IMG/VR virus record: IMGVR_UViG_3300036766_002281
Span: 1-64,000 of that record
DNA: 64,000 nt
Strand: one strand, 5' to 3'
Origin: a virus
The notes below the pieces were generated by a model. It saw only the letters and a list, made by a program, of their open reading frames with translations. It searched no databases and had not been told where the DNA came from. Position 1 is the first letter of the stretch; every line of letters begins with the position of its first letter. Positions 29,671 to 38,400 of the stretch are shown here, piece after piece. The translations under genes and the position numbers were made by a program.

Positions 29671-30015
29671 ATGATTCATGCGATAAAGGTTTTTCAACGT
29701 GAGGCAAGAGAGTTGGGTAGAGATGCCAACAGCGTTAAAGAGTTAAAACTTTGGTTTCAGGCAATGACTGACGCTAAGTTTGATTACATTTTTGAGAAGC
29801 ATCCAGAGTTTAAAACGCAATCAAGTCATGAAATAATACAAATACTTAAGAATAGGTATCATCTGGACGGAGAAGAGATTACAGATTTTTTAAAACGTTT
29901 TATGCTAAGAGATGAAAAAGAAGCAGTAGCTCCTTATGATGTGGATCAGACGGAGGGTCGGCCAGGACATTCTTATGAAGAAATTCGTGATGTGTTAACT
30001 GGATTAGGAATATAA
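29671..30015 (+). CDS. Leader-module protein
   Basis: MIHAIKVFQREARELGRDANSVKELKLWFQA. Confidence 0.8.
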   Translation: MIHAIKVFQREARELGRDANSVKELKLWFQAMTDAKFDYIFEKHPEFKTQSSHEIIQILKNRYHLDGEEITDFLKRFMLRDEKEAVAPYDVDQTEGRPGHSYEEIRDVLTGLGI

Positions 30016-30017
30016 TC

Positions 30018-30971
30018 ATGTATGGGGCAATAGAAACTAGTTCTGAAGTAAAAAGACTTTCTTCAGATCGATCTAGTTCTATAAGTAATAGATCTATGGT
30101 TGTTCAATGTCACAACTGTTTTGCTTTTGGAAGCGTAGAAACAAACGAAAGATTTGATTTCTTTTTATGTGATATATGCGTAAACGTAAAGGACTAAAAC
30201 GTTCGTTTGTTCTCATTCCACTAAGGGAGGCTGAACATGGAAGTAAAAGAATACCAGGCTAGAGTATGTCATAACTGTGTTAAGCCGTTTATTGTGGAAG
30301 AGGTATCATTTCGGCGAGTATGCCCCGTATGTGCCAGAATTGGTCATGAAAATACAAGTTCGAAGAAGAAATGTTCTAAATGTAGATCGCAGGTCTGGTA
30401 TAGAAGAATCGTAAGAAAGATTTCGTCCTGGTTTAAGTATATGGTTGAAGGAGTTAAAAATAGATCACGATTAGTAAAGAAGAAGTCTAAAACTTTAACA
30501 ATAAGATTAAAAACTGTATCAAAACGATCAAAACGAAAGTAAACAAACTACATGATGTCAAAAGTTACACTTTCAAGATGTCATAATTGCAACGAATACT
30601 TTAAAACAGGTCCGGCAAAGAAACAGGCTTGTGACGAGTGTGCAAAGTTGGGACACGATAATCAAACAGCGGCAAGATGTGCAAAGTGTTTAAACGAAGT
30701 AATGGCAGTTACCTGGGATGCCAATAATGCTGGAACAGAAGAAGGATGCTAAACAGTCATGTATCGAAAGTAAGAAATGGAAAAGAAATGCCACTGGTGT
30801 TTTGTCGTTATCGTTGTGGAACGGAAACAAAACGAAAAGGAACTTTGTTGCTCTAATTGTGAAACTTTAGGACATAACAAAAATGGATGTGCCAAATGTA
30901 AAAGATACTGGCGAGAACGCTTCATTGAATGCTCTTCCGCAGGAGTTGGAAAAGAACCAGTTAACTCTTGA
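30018..30971 (+). other. Tandem of four paralogous Zn-finger miniproteins (30018-30197, 30237-30542, 30552-30752, 30777-30971)
   Basis: Shared CH(N/W)C...CxxC(xxxGH...CxKC) pattern. Confidence 0.7.
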
Positions 30972-31332
30972 GCAAAGGCATGTTGTGGAATGCTTCAAAA
31001 CATGGTTGGATATTAGACATAAGAACCATCAGGGAGATTCCCCAACTTCTGCAGATATAGATCATTCAGCCTTGCTTTGGAGAATGATCGTGGAAAGAAA
31101 ACAGCCATTACTAGAGCCACCACTTTTGCACATGAGCTGCCCAGATTATAACTCTGTGGAGGGAGATAGTCCAAAACATCCATGGGATCCATATCGTGAT
31201 CCAACAAAATGTGCCTCTTGTCATACTGGTCATAGATGGGAAAGAGACAAAGAAATTCATCCACGATGTGTTGTCTGTGGAGGGTATGGTCATTTAGCTT
31301 GTTTAAGGGAAAAATCAGTAGAGGTAAAATGA
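30883..31332 (+). CDS. Hypothetical Cys/His protein
   Basis: DIDHSALLWR, CASC, CVVCGG. Confidence 0.55.
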   Translation: MDVPNVKDTGENASLNALPQELEKNQLTLEQRHVVECFKTWLDIRHKNHQGDSPTSADIDHSALLWRMIVERKQPLLEPPLLHMSCPDYNSVEGDSPKHPWDPYRDPTKCASCHTGHRWERDKEIHPRCVVCGGYGHLACLREKSVEVK

Positions 31333-31333
31333 A

Positions 31334-31903
31334 ATGAAAAAAGTTCACGAGGCATTGCTTATTATTTTAATGTTAGTAACTGCCATAGTATCTTCAAATA
31401 CAGTTAGGGCTTCTGGTTCTATTGCTACCACCTATTATTTTCTACCACAACAAAAAGATGAAGTTCTAAAGTTCCAACACGATCTTATTACAACGGCTAA
31501 AAAGAAGTTGGATGTTGCTATGTACGGTCTTACTTCCTCGAATAATAATAGCTATGCAACAGATTTATTGGATGCCTGTAAAAGAGGAATACAAGTTCGT
31601 TTACTGAGGGACCAACTTCAATCTAGTTCTAAAGCTTCATCCGCTATCAATCTAGAAATTTCTAAGTTTAAGAATTGTGAAGTTAGATTAAAAAAGGTAG
31701 TAGCACCAATTATGCATTCTAAGGTGACCATTGTAGATGGAACAAAAGTTTTCTGGGGAAGTTTAAACGAATCTGGATCAGGTCCAGCAGAAACAAACAT
31801 AATGGAATCGAATAGTTCTGGAACAGTATTTGAAAAAGCCTTTGAAGACTGGTGGAAGAACTCAATCTCACTAGCAGATTTCTTACTAAAGAGCAAAAAA
31901 TAA
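31334..31903 (+). CDS. Phospholipase D-family (single HKD, Nuc-like) protein with signal peptide
   Basis: LDVAMY, MHSKVTIVDG...WGSLN; N-terminal hydrophobic signal ending VRA. Confidence 0.85.
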   Translation: MKKVHEALLIILMLVTAIVSSNTVRASGSIATTYYFLPQQKDEVLKFQHDLITTAKKKLDVAMYGLTSSNNNSYATDLLDACKRGIQVRLLRDQLQSSSKASSAINLEISKFKNCEVRLKKVVAPIMHSKVTIVDGTKVFWGSLNESGSGPAETNIMESNSSGTVFEKAFEDWWKNSISLADFLLKSKK

Positions 31904-31917
31904 TCTAAGGAGAATAC

Positions 31918-32742
31918 ATGTCAGATCTATTTGAGAAGATCGGAGAACGTCTTATAAATGAAGTTAAGCAACCAGTTCTTGTTCCAGCAGGACAGATTAT
32001 TTTCTTCTTAAAGGATGCTGAAGAAGGGGTGGGAGCAGGAGCAGAAGTTGGGGAAGGGGAATTTGTAGAACAGATTGCAGATGACTTCGTTCAGATTCAA
32101 AGTAATGGAGATGTTCTTGGTTATCCTGTAGAGAGTATTGCCGACGATGAGAAGTTGTCTATTGTGCCTGCCTCAAAGATTTTTGCTTCGATCGAAGAAT
32201 GTCAAGAAGCCTATCCAGAAGTTTTTGCATTAAAAGAACAAAAGGTATCAGACAATCTATCGGTAGTTGGTAAACGTACAGCATGGATAATCAATGACGA
32301 TACAGAAAAAGAGTTAACCAGTCATAATCTACAAAAGCAAGTTGTATCGTTTGTACGTAACTTTCTTTCTAACTATGATATTGGTGCTCAGTATGATTTG
32401 AAATTCTATACGGTAAGAAATGGATCTTACAAAGAGCGTAACGTTATTGAATCAGGGGATATTAGTCTAGGATTAAATCTCAGAACGATCTCGAATGTTA
32501 AAATCAAAACAGATGTTACTGTGCCAATTCGGGGTGGAAAAATGATTGAGCCATCTGTATTGTTCCTAAACGGAGGACCAAGAATTATTTGTCAGTCCAC
32601 CTTCGATCGACTAATTAAGGATAATACCTTCAGTCATCCAATGTATGGCAATCCTGAACGGTTTGTTACCCCTGAGATTTTGAAAATGTACCAACGTACT
32701 CGTATTCCAAGAATTAATCCTGGAGTGTATGGGCGTGAGTGA
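31918..32742 (+). CDS. Hypothetical protein (possible virion protein)
   Basis: SD AAGGAG; acidic N-half then KRTA. Confidence 0.65.
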   Translation: MSDLFEKIGERLINEVKQPVLVPAGQIIFFLKDAEEGVGAGAEVGEGEFVEQIADDFVQIQSNGDVLGYPVESIADDEKLSIVPASKIFASIEECQEAYPEVFALKEQKVSDNLSVVGKRTAWIINDDTEKELTSHNLQKQVVSFVRNFLSNYDIGAQYDLKFYTVRNGSYKERNVIESGDISLGLNLRTISNVKIKTDVTVPIRGGKMIEPSVLFLNGGPRIICQSTFDRLIKDNTFSHPMYGNPERFVTPEILKMYQRTRIPRINPGVYGRE

Positions 32743-32812
32743 CCTATGAATAGTAATTTAGAAAGTTGCGTTAGTAAAATAAAGGAAGAATTAATTTTGG
32801 AGGGAATAAATT

Positions 32813-32986
32813 ATGAATAGACGCGATGTTAGAAATAGGATAAAGAAAAAAAGAACTCGTCCTACAAGTATACAAATTCATAGGGCGTTTAATCGCTTTA
32901 AACAATTGGCTTGTAATGCCATTAGAATCCCGGTTGATTATGAAGGTTGGGCTAAAAAGATTTTGAAAGTTGTACCAATGGGGTAG
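32813..32986 (+). CDS. 57-aa basic miniprotein containing a major-capsid-protein-like segment (not in ORF track)
   Basis: SD GGAGGG; ...IPVDYEGWAKKILKVVPMG versus MCP ELIDYEGWARKCLRVRPLA. Confidence 0.7.
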   Translation: MNRRDVRNRIKKKRTRPTSIQIHRAFNRFKQLACNAIRIPVDYEGWAKKILKVVPMG

Positions 32987-32989
32987 AAA

Positions 32990-33274
32990 TTGAATATGGA
33001 AAAACTTAAAGATAGTATTTCGCGTCTAAGAACTGTTGATAAATGGATACTAGATCAGTGGATACTAGTTCAATTTTTTGATTTACGAAAAGGCGATATC
33101 TTTCGTATGTTTGAAGACGAAGCTCGTACTGAACCAGTGAAGGACAAAGAAGGAAATATTGTTTCTGTGGCAACTTCAGATCCTTACAAAGATTATAGTA
33201 ATAGTGTGGTTGGAGTTTACACAATAGAATGCGATCCCTACATTGGAGGACTACATGACAGAGTCTTCAACTAA
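32990..33274 (+). CDS. Hypothetical protein
   Basis: FFDLRKGDIFRMFE...ATSDPY. Confidence 0.6.
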   Translation: MNMEKLKDSISRLRTVDKWILDQWILVQFFDLRKGDIFRMFEDEARTEPVKDKEGNIVSVATSDPYKDYSNSVVGVYTIECDPYIGGLHDRVFN

Positions 33275-33608
33275 GAAATCCTTCTTTTCTATCTTGTTAG
33301 GAAGAATAGATGGAATAATGGCTATCGTAGGTTTAGTAGCTTTAGGATTTGGGGCACCGTATTGGCTGGATGATCACTATGCTCGAGCTTCAGAAGTTGT
33401 GCAACTAAAAGAACAATTTGAGCAACAACAACTTGAGAGTCGTCAGTTTTCTGTTCAGCAGAATATATTTGCACTGACGAATAAGTACAAGGATACTTCT
33501 AAGATGTCGATTGAAGACAAAATCAATTTACAGAAGTTGCAAGATTTATTAAAAAGGGTGAACGATCGTTTGGAAGTACTGGACAAGAAATTAGGCCTCA
33601 CCCCGTAA
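33255..33608 (+). CDS. Single-TM coiled-coil membrane protein (holin- or spanin-like?)
   Basis: SD GGAGG; one TM helix then heptad-rich tail. Confidence 0.55.
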   Translation: MTESSTKKSFFSILLGRIDGIMAIVGLVALGFGAPYWLDDHYARASEVVQLKEQFEQQQLESRQFSVQQNIFALTNKYKDTSKMSIEDKINLQKLQDLLKRVNDRLEVLDKKLGLTP

Positions 33609-33629
33609 TAAAGAATGGAGGAATAAGCA

Positions 33630-34571
33630 TTGGAACAGAAAAGCATCCAGGTCAGCGTTCTTGGGATCGGTGGTTGTGGTGGTAACATCTTAGCAGATGT
33701 CTATGCTGATTTGAAAGATTCTACTACCCCTATTACTTATAGAATTATGAATACCGATGTTCAGGCGCTTTCTTTTGTAATGGATCGTGGTTTTCCAAAA
33801 GACTTTCTCACTCAGATTGGTGGTAATGCTACTCGTGGGTTAGGGGCAGGATCGAATCCCGATGTAGGACGTTCAGCAGCGCAAGAGGACATTACTGAGA
33901 TAAGAAGTTTGGTTACGGGAAAAGATCTGGTTATTGTTATTACTGGTCTGGGTGGAGGAACAGGATCAGGGGCTACTCCAGTAATACTTAAAGAAGCCAA
34001 AGAAGCAAATGCCCTGACAATGTGTTGTTGCGTAATGCCGTATTCTTTTGAATCAGCGGCAAGAAATAGTATTGCAAAGAAAGCCTTGAAAGAGATTGCA
34101 GAAACTTGCGATGCCTATCTTGCTGTATCAAACGACGCAGCAGAAAGCCTTGTTTTCAAAGACGTAATCAAGGAAATTAACAGTTCAGTATCTCAAGGTA
34201 TTCAAGTTACTTTAGACGTACTACTCAATGCCAGTTTAGTAAACTTAGATTTTGCAGATTTTACTACCGTAATAAAGAATGGAGGGAAAACATATTTTTC
34301 GTATGCTTGTTTCGATGGAGACAAACGAGACGAGAAAATAGTCAAGGAACTCACCAGATTGAAGTTATATCCTGGTGCATCTCTTAAAAAGATTCAACGT
34401 GCTGTCATATTTGTGCGCGGTGGATCTGATATGAGAAAAGAGGAGCTGAAAACTATTGTTAACTCTATTCAAGAAAAGCTATCGGAAGATGTGCTTGTGC
34501 TTATGGGGGTATCCGTCAAGGAATCTAAAAGTACTATCGAAGCGGCATTCGTTGGAGTTGTTGGAAATTGA
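33630..34571 (+). CDS. ftsZ: FtsZ-like tubulin-family GTPase
   Basis: GIGGCGGN, NTDVQAL, TRGLGAGSNPDVG, GLGGGTGSG, PYSFE, NLDFAD. Confidence 0.93.
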   Translation: MEQKSIQVSVLGIGGCGGNILADVYADLKDSTTPITYRIMNTDVQALSFVMDRGFPKDFLTQIGGNATRGLGAGSNPDVGRSAAQEDITEIRSLVTGKDLVIVITGLGGGTGSGATPVILKEAKEANALTMCCCVMPYSFESAARNSIAKKALKEIAETCDAYLAVSNDAAESLVFKDVIKEINSSVSQGIQVTLDVLLNASLVNLDFADFTTVIKNGGKTYFSYACFDGDKRDEKIVKELTRLKLYPGASLKKIQRAVIFVRGGSDMRKEELKTIVNSIQEKLSEDVLVLMGVSVKESKSTIEAAFVGVVGN

Positions 34572-34572
34572 T

Positions 34573-34809
34573 ATGTTGGATGTAGTAAGTGGGGTAAAGG
34601 GAATTGTGTATATGAAACGTAGAAAGCATGAGATTCCTGCTAAATGGGCATTCGTTTTTCTAAACAAAAGTGCCTATATAACCCATACCTATTTTAGGCA
34701 GATGGGAAAAAGATTTTGGTTTCATTTTTGGACTCCAAAGTGGCATGAAGGCAGAGGACCTTATTTATCAGTTGGTCTTGGAATAGTAGCAATCTATAGA
34801 GGATATTAG
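34573..34809 (+). CDS. Small hypothetical protein
   Basis: FWFHFWTPKWHEGRGPYLSVGLG; start uncertain. Confidence 0.45.
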   Translation: MLDVVSGVKGIVYMKRRKHEIPAKWAFVFLNKSAYITHTYFRQMGKRFWFHFWTPKWHEGRGPYLSVGLGIVAIYRGY

Positions 34810-34810
34810 T

Positions 34811-36016
34811 TTAGGGGATGAATCGTAAAATTATAAAGTAAATGATAAAAACATATAAATATAGACTTTACCCAACAAAAAAGCAGGTTCAGAAACTAGA
34901 GCTTACTCTTGATATTTGTCGTATCCTGTATAATTCTTGTCTCTTGGATAGGAAAAATACTTGGGAGAAAACAGGAAAAGGTTTGTCTTACAATCAGCAA
35001 TGTGAAATTTTAACTCAAAACAAGAAAACTGTTTTATTCTTAAAAGAAATACATTCTCAGGTTCTCCAGGATGTCTTACTGAGAGTAGATAAGTCTTTTC
35101 AGAATTTCTTCAGGCGAATAAAACAAAAACAAGGTAAAGCCGGGTACCCAAGATTCAAGGCAATGAATCGTTACGATAGTTTCTGCTATCCACAAAGTGG
35201 TTTTGAAATTGTAGACGGTAAACTAAAACTCTCTAAAATCGGAACTATTAAGCTAAAACTACATAGAAAAATAGTAGGACAAATCAAAACTTGTACTATT
35301 AAGAAAGAACTTGATCGCTGGTACGCCTGTTTCTCGGTTGAACATCAACCACAAAAACGACCGGTACCAACCAAATCTATAGGAATAGATGTAGGCCTCA
35401 CCAATTTTGCTACTCTTTCCAACGTAGAGGTTATAGAAAATCCAAGGCATCTTAGAAAATCAGAAAACAAACTAAAACTGAAACAACGATTACTTTCTAA
35501 AAAAATTAAAGGTTCTAATAACAGAACCAAAGCCAGAACTACCTTAGCTAAACTGCATAGAAAAGTAAGAAACCAAAGATTAGATTTTCATCATCAAGAA
35601 AGTAGAAAGTTAGTCAACGAATATGGCTTTATAGCTGTAGAAGATCTACAAATCAAAAACATGGTTCAGAACCACCATCTTGCTAAATCAATTTCAGATG
35701 CTGGATGGGGTCAGTTTTTGTCCCTGCTCAAGTACAAAGCGGAAGAAGCTGGTAGTTGGGTAGAAAAAGTAGGAGCTTATTATACAAGTCAGATATGTAG
35801 TCATTGCGGTGAACTGGTCAAGAAAACACTCTCACAAAGAGTGCACTTGTGCACAAACTGTGGGCTGTTATTAGACCGAGATCATAACGCTGCTATAAAT
35901 ATTATTAATAAATCTACGGCAGGAACTGCCGGATTTCAAGCTTGGGGAGAAACGACGTATCAAAGTCCTTCGACGAACCAAGAAGTCACTGAGTTTTTAA
36001 CTCAAGGGTAGTTCAC
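34811..36016 (+). mobile_element. tnpA-less IS200/IS605 (IS1341-like) element with omega-RNA overlapping the tnpB 3' end
   Basis: Right end AGAAGTCACTGAGTTTTTAACTCAAGGGTAGTTCAC; only a short TTAGGGGATGAA left-end-like remnant; left boundary approximate. Confidence 0.65.
34842..36011 (+). CDS. tnpB: RNA-guided endonuclease TnpB (IS200/IS605 family)
   Basis: KTYKYRLYPT HTH, GYPRFK, RuvC GIDVG / VEDL / DRDHNAAINI, CSHC-CTNC Zn finger. Confidence 0.95.
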   Translation: MIKTYKYRLYPTKKQVQKLELTLDICRILYNSCLLDRKNTWEKTGKGLSYNQQCEILTQNKKTVLFLKEIHSQVLQDVLLRVDKSFQNFFRRIKQKQGKAGYPRFKAMNRYDSFCYPQSGFEIVDGKLKLSKIGTIKLKLHRKIVGQIKTCTIKKELDRWYACFSVEHQPQKRPVPTKSIGIDVGLTNFATLSNVEVIENPRHLRKSENKLKLKQRLLSKKIKGSNNRTKARTTLAKLHRKVRNQRLDFHHQESRKLVNEYGFIAVEDLQIKNMVQNHHLAKSISDAGWGQFLSLLKYKAEEAGSWVEKVGAYYTSQICSHCGELVKKTLSQRVHLCTNCGLLLDRDHNAAINIINKSTAGTAGFQAWGETTYQSPSTNQEVTEFLTQG

Positions 36017-36077
36017 TTGGTAGAACATCATTGTAATGTAATTAAAATTAGTATCTAAGAGGATAAGACTAAATAGA

Positions 36078-36359
36078 ATGACTCGTCGTAGGCATTCTAA
36101 AAAACTGTTGGAAGAATACAGGAAAAAGATTTTAGCTAGTTCAAAGGATTTACATTTCTATGGAATACAAGCATCGGAAGACTATCTGGACAATCGACTA
36201 AGTAATGAGCAGTACATTTACATTATGGATCAGATTGAGGAAGATGTAGGTAGATTTTTGTTACTGATTCAAGAGTGTAAGAAGTTTCACCAGGCAATCA
36301 ACATTAAACAGTTGTTAGCAGTAACAACTGAAAAACCAAATAGGAGGAGATTACAATGA
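36078..36359 (+). CDS. Hypothetical protein
   Basis: 93-aa ORF, ATGA overlap with next gene. Confidence 0.55.
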   Translation: MTRRRHSKKLLEEYRKKILASSKDLHFYGIQASEDYLDNRLSNEQYIYIMDQIEEDVGRFLLLIQECKKFHQAINIKQLLAVTTEKPNRRRLQ

Positions 36360-36742
36360 AAGTATTTAAATTAGTATTGATGTTAACGGTATTGATGGTT
36401 GGATTGAGTTTGAGCATGCCAAGGAAGGCTAGTGCAACTGGAAATGTTTGTACTCCATGTACAGCTACTTGGACAGCCAACGCGTCAACAGATAACGTTA
36501 CTGGATATAATGTTTATCTGTCTACGAATGCCGCCGCAACAATTGCCAATTCAACAAAGGCCGCCGCAGGAAATGTTACGACAGCCACAATGGCAACTCT
36601 GTTTACTTTAACAAATGGTACCCAGTATTATACCTTTGTTACAGCTGTTAACGTTGCTGGAGAATCAGGTGCAAGCACTATTGTTCCATTTGTTTATCAG
36701 AATGCAGCTCCTGGGGTTGTTCAGGGCGTAACAGTTAAGTAA
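36356..36742 (+). CDS. Secreted fibronectin type III domain protein
   Basis: Signal peptide ending ASA; TWTA...VTGYNVY...LTNGTQYYTFVTAVNVAGES. Confidence 0.85.
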   Translation: MKVFKLVLMLTVLMVGLSLSMPRKASATGNVCTPCTATWTANASTDNVTGYNVYLSTNAAATIANSTKAAAGNVTTATMATLFTLTNGTQYYTFVTAVNVAGESGASTIVPFVYQNAAPGVVQGVTVK

Positions 36743-36772
36743 AAGTAAGAGTAAGCTACAACGACAACGACA

Positions 36773-37270
36773 ATGACAATGAAGAAGCATGAAATGAGAA
36801 AATGGAATTATCTATATCTTGGTATAGTGGTTCTTCTTCTCATTTCATGCGCTTCTTCTCCAACAGTTTATCCATCTTCAAATGGGCAGATATCTGGGGA
36901 ACTTAGATCAAGTGCAAAGCAAGGAATAAGATTTGCGCAAACTGCAGGAAGCGTAAGTGCCTTAACGTGGGATGCCCCTACTACAAATGTAGATGGAAGC
37001 CTTTTAACAGATTTGGCTGGATTCAAAGTCTACTGGGGATTGACTTCTGGATCTTATTCAAGCGTAAAAGATGTTGGAATGGCTGGCGTAGGCAATGGTA
37101 ATTTAGTAGGTGGAGTAGATATCAGTAGCTTAGGATGGCCTCAGAATACAACGTATTATGTTGTGCTTACAGCCTATGATACCTATGGCAACGAATCTTC
37201 TTATTCAAATCAAGTAAGTGGATTTTACGATGGACTTGCTGGATCTCCTTTTCAGATTAAAGTACAGTAA
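36773..37270 (+). CDS. Lipoprotein with FN3 domain
   Basis: Lipobox LISC; LTWDAP...LAGFKVYWG...TYYVVLTAYDTYGNES. Confidence 0.85.
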   Translation: MTMKKHEMRKWNYLYLGIVVLLLISCASSPTVYPSSNGQISGELRSSAKQGIRFAQTAGSVSALTWDAPTTNVDGSLLTDLAGFKVYWGLTSGSYSSVKDVGMAGVGNGNLVGGVDISSLGWPQNTTYYVVLTAYDTYGNESSYSNQVSGFYDGLAGSPFQIKVQ

Positions 37271-37282
37271 TAGGATAAGGCT

Positions 37283-37609
37283 ATGAAAAACTTTATAAGA
37301 TTTTTGGTTCTTGCATTAATTGGTTTCTTTCAGTTGGCAGCAACTTGCACGCCTATTCCTACTACTGATCCAAAAGTTTCAGCAGTACAATGGATTCCAA
37401 ATATTGCTACTGATTATGTTCAAGGGTATAAAGTTTACGTGGGAATTCAAACGCAGGTTTACCCACTGGTTAAAGATGTTGGAGAGGTATCAAGCTATTC
37501 CCTAACAAGTCTTGGGTTAAAAACTGGGGTACATTATTATCTTACAGTTACTGCTTATAATGTTGCTGGAGAATCTATAAAGTCTGCAGAAGTGCAATTT
37601 GATTACTAG
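37283..37609 (+). CDS. Exported (probably lipo)protein with FN3 domain
   Basis: Signal with LAATC; QW...GYKVY...LKTGVHYYLTVTAYNVAGES. Confidence 0.8.
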   Translation: MKNFIRFLVLALIGFFQLAATCTPIPTTDPKVSAVQWIPNIATDYVQGYKVYVGIQTQVYPLVKDVGEVSSYSLTSLGLKTGVHYYLTVTAYNVAGESIKSAEVQFDY

Positions 37610-37626
37610 TAGTAGAGAGGAAGATA

Positions 37627-38367
37627 ATGACTGGAAAGGTATTGGAATTCAAAAATTATACAAAATGTAAAGTTTGTAAGATTGAGAAAGAAGATCAAAC
37701 CTTTTTTGATTATTTTCATGGTTTAAGATTTAAAGATAATCTTTCCCTATCTGCCCTTATTGAAAAGATAAGAATAAGATTTATGGAAAAGGGTATTCAG
37801 CTTCTTCTTCCTAACGAAGTAAATCTTTCAAATCACTTCAGCAAACACATTCCTTTAGATTTAGCGTCAAAGTATAAAGCTCAATCTCTGGTGAGAGCTT
37901 CCCAACAGTCTAAGGCAATTAAAAAAGAAACTATTCAGACCTCAACGATTGTAAAAGAAAAGATTGCTATCTACGATGAGTTTGAAAAACTGTACAGCAA
38001 ATTCAAAGGGGTAATTGAAGAATTTGAACGAAAAGAGAATAATCAGATTACTGCTTTGAATTGGCTTCCGTATACAAGTTTGATTAGAGAGTTGAAATCT
38101 TTTCTCGTAGAGCTCAATAAAATGAATTCTAATGAGCAGATTGTAAAATTAGTTCTTCAAACTGCATTTCAGCAATACACGTTAGGAGCCCTTCAAGGAA
38201 CGTTAAAGGAATGCGATCTGTTTAAGATGAGTTTGAAGAGTTACATTAAAGAATACGACGTTGTAGAAAAACTTGTGGATATGCATCAATCTAGATTGTA
38301 TGATTGCCTATCATCAAGTAGCAAAGAAGCTATAAACCTTGTAAAAGAAGAGTACAAAATAGCCTAA
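37627..38367 (+). CDS. Hypothetical protein, candidate terminase small subunit
   Basis: CKVC...HFSKH, helical C-terminus, position shortly upstream of terL. Confidence 0.4.
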   Translation: MTGKVLEFKNYTKCKVCKIEKEDQTFFDYFHGLRFKDNLSLSALIEKIRIRFMEKGIQLLLPNEVNLSNHFSKHIPLDLASKYKAQSLVRASQQSKAIKKETIQTSTIVKEKIAIYDEFEKLYSKFKGVIEEFERKENNQITALNWLPYTSLIRELKSFLVELNKMNSNEQIVKLVLQTAFQQYTLGALQGTLKECDLFKMSLKSYIKEYDVVEKLVDMHQSRLYDCLSSSSKEAINLVKEEYKIA

Positions 38368-38400
38368 TCAATAAAACTTAACAAAGTAAGGGGTAGAAAA

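Larger units (their letters stand above)
17375..29763 (+). repeat. Dispersed ~93-nt / 31-aa leader repeat, 15 copies
   Basis: Copies start at 17375, 18290, 18570, 21893, 22272, 22590, 22897, 23595, 24064, 26876, 27633, 27937, ~28268, 28649, 29671; consensus MLxKIKEFQRxAxxLxRxxNSVEEFKLWLEA. Confidence 0.95.

Noticed and set aside
17375-29763. Leader repeats as a CRISPR array, integron attC array or DGR template/variable repeats
   Set aside because: The repeats are ~93 nt, protein-coding, degenerate at synonymous sites, irregularly spaced and non-palindromic. No cas, integrase or reverse transcriptase is visible in the window, and differences are not adenine-specific.
33630-34571. Evidence for a nucleus-forming (PhuZ/chimallin) phage
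   Set aside because: The protein reads as FtsZ-like, and no chimallin or multisubunit RNA polymerase gene is recognisable in this window.
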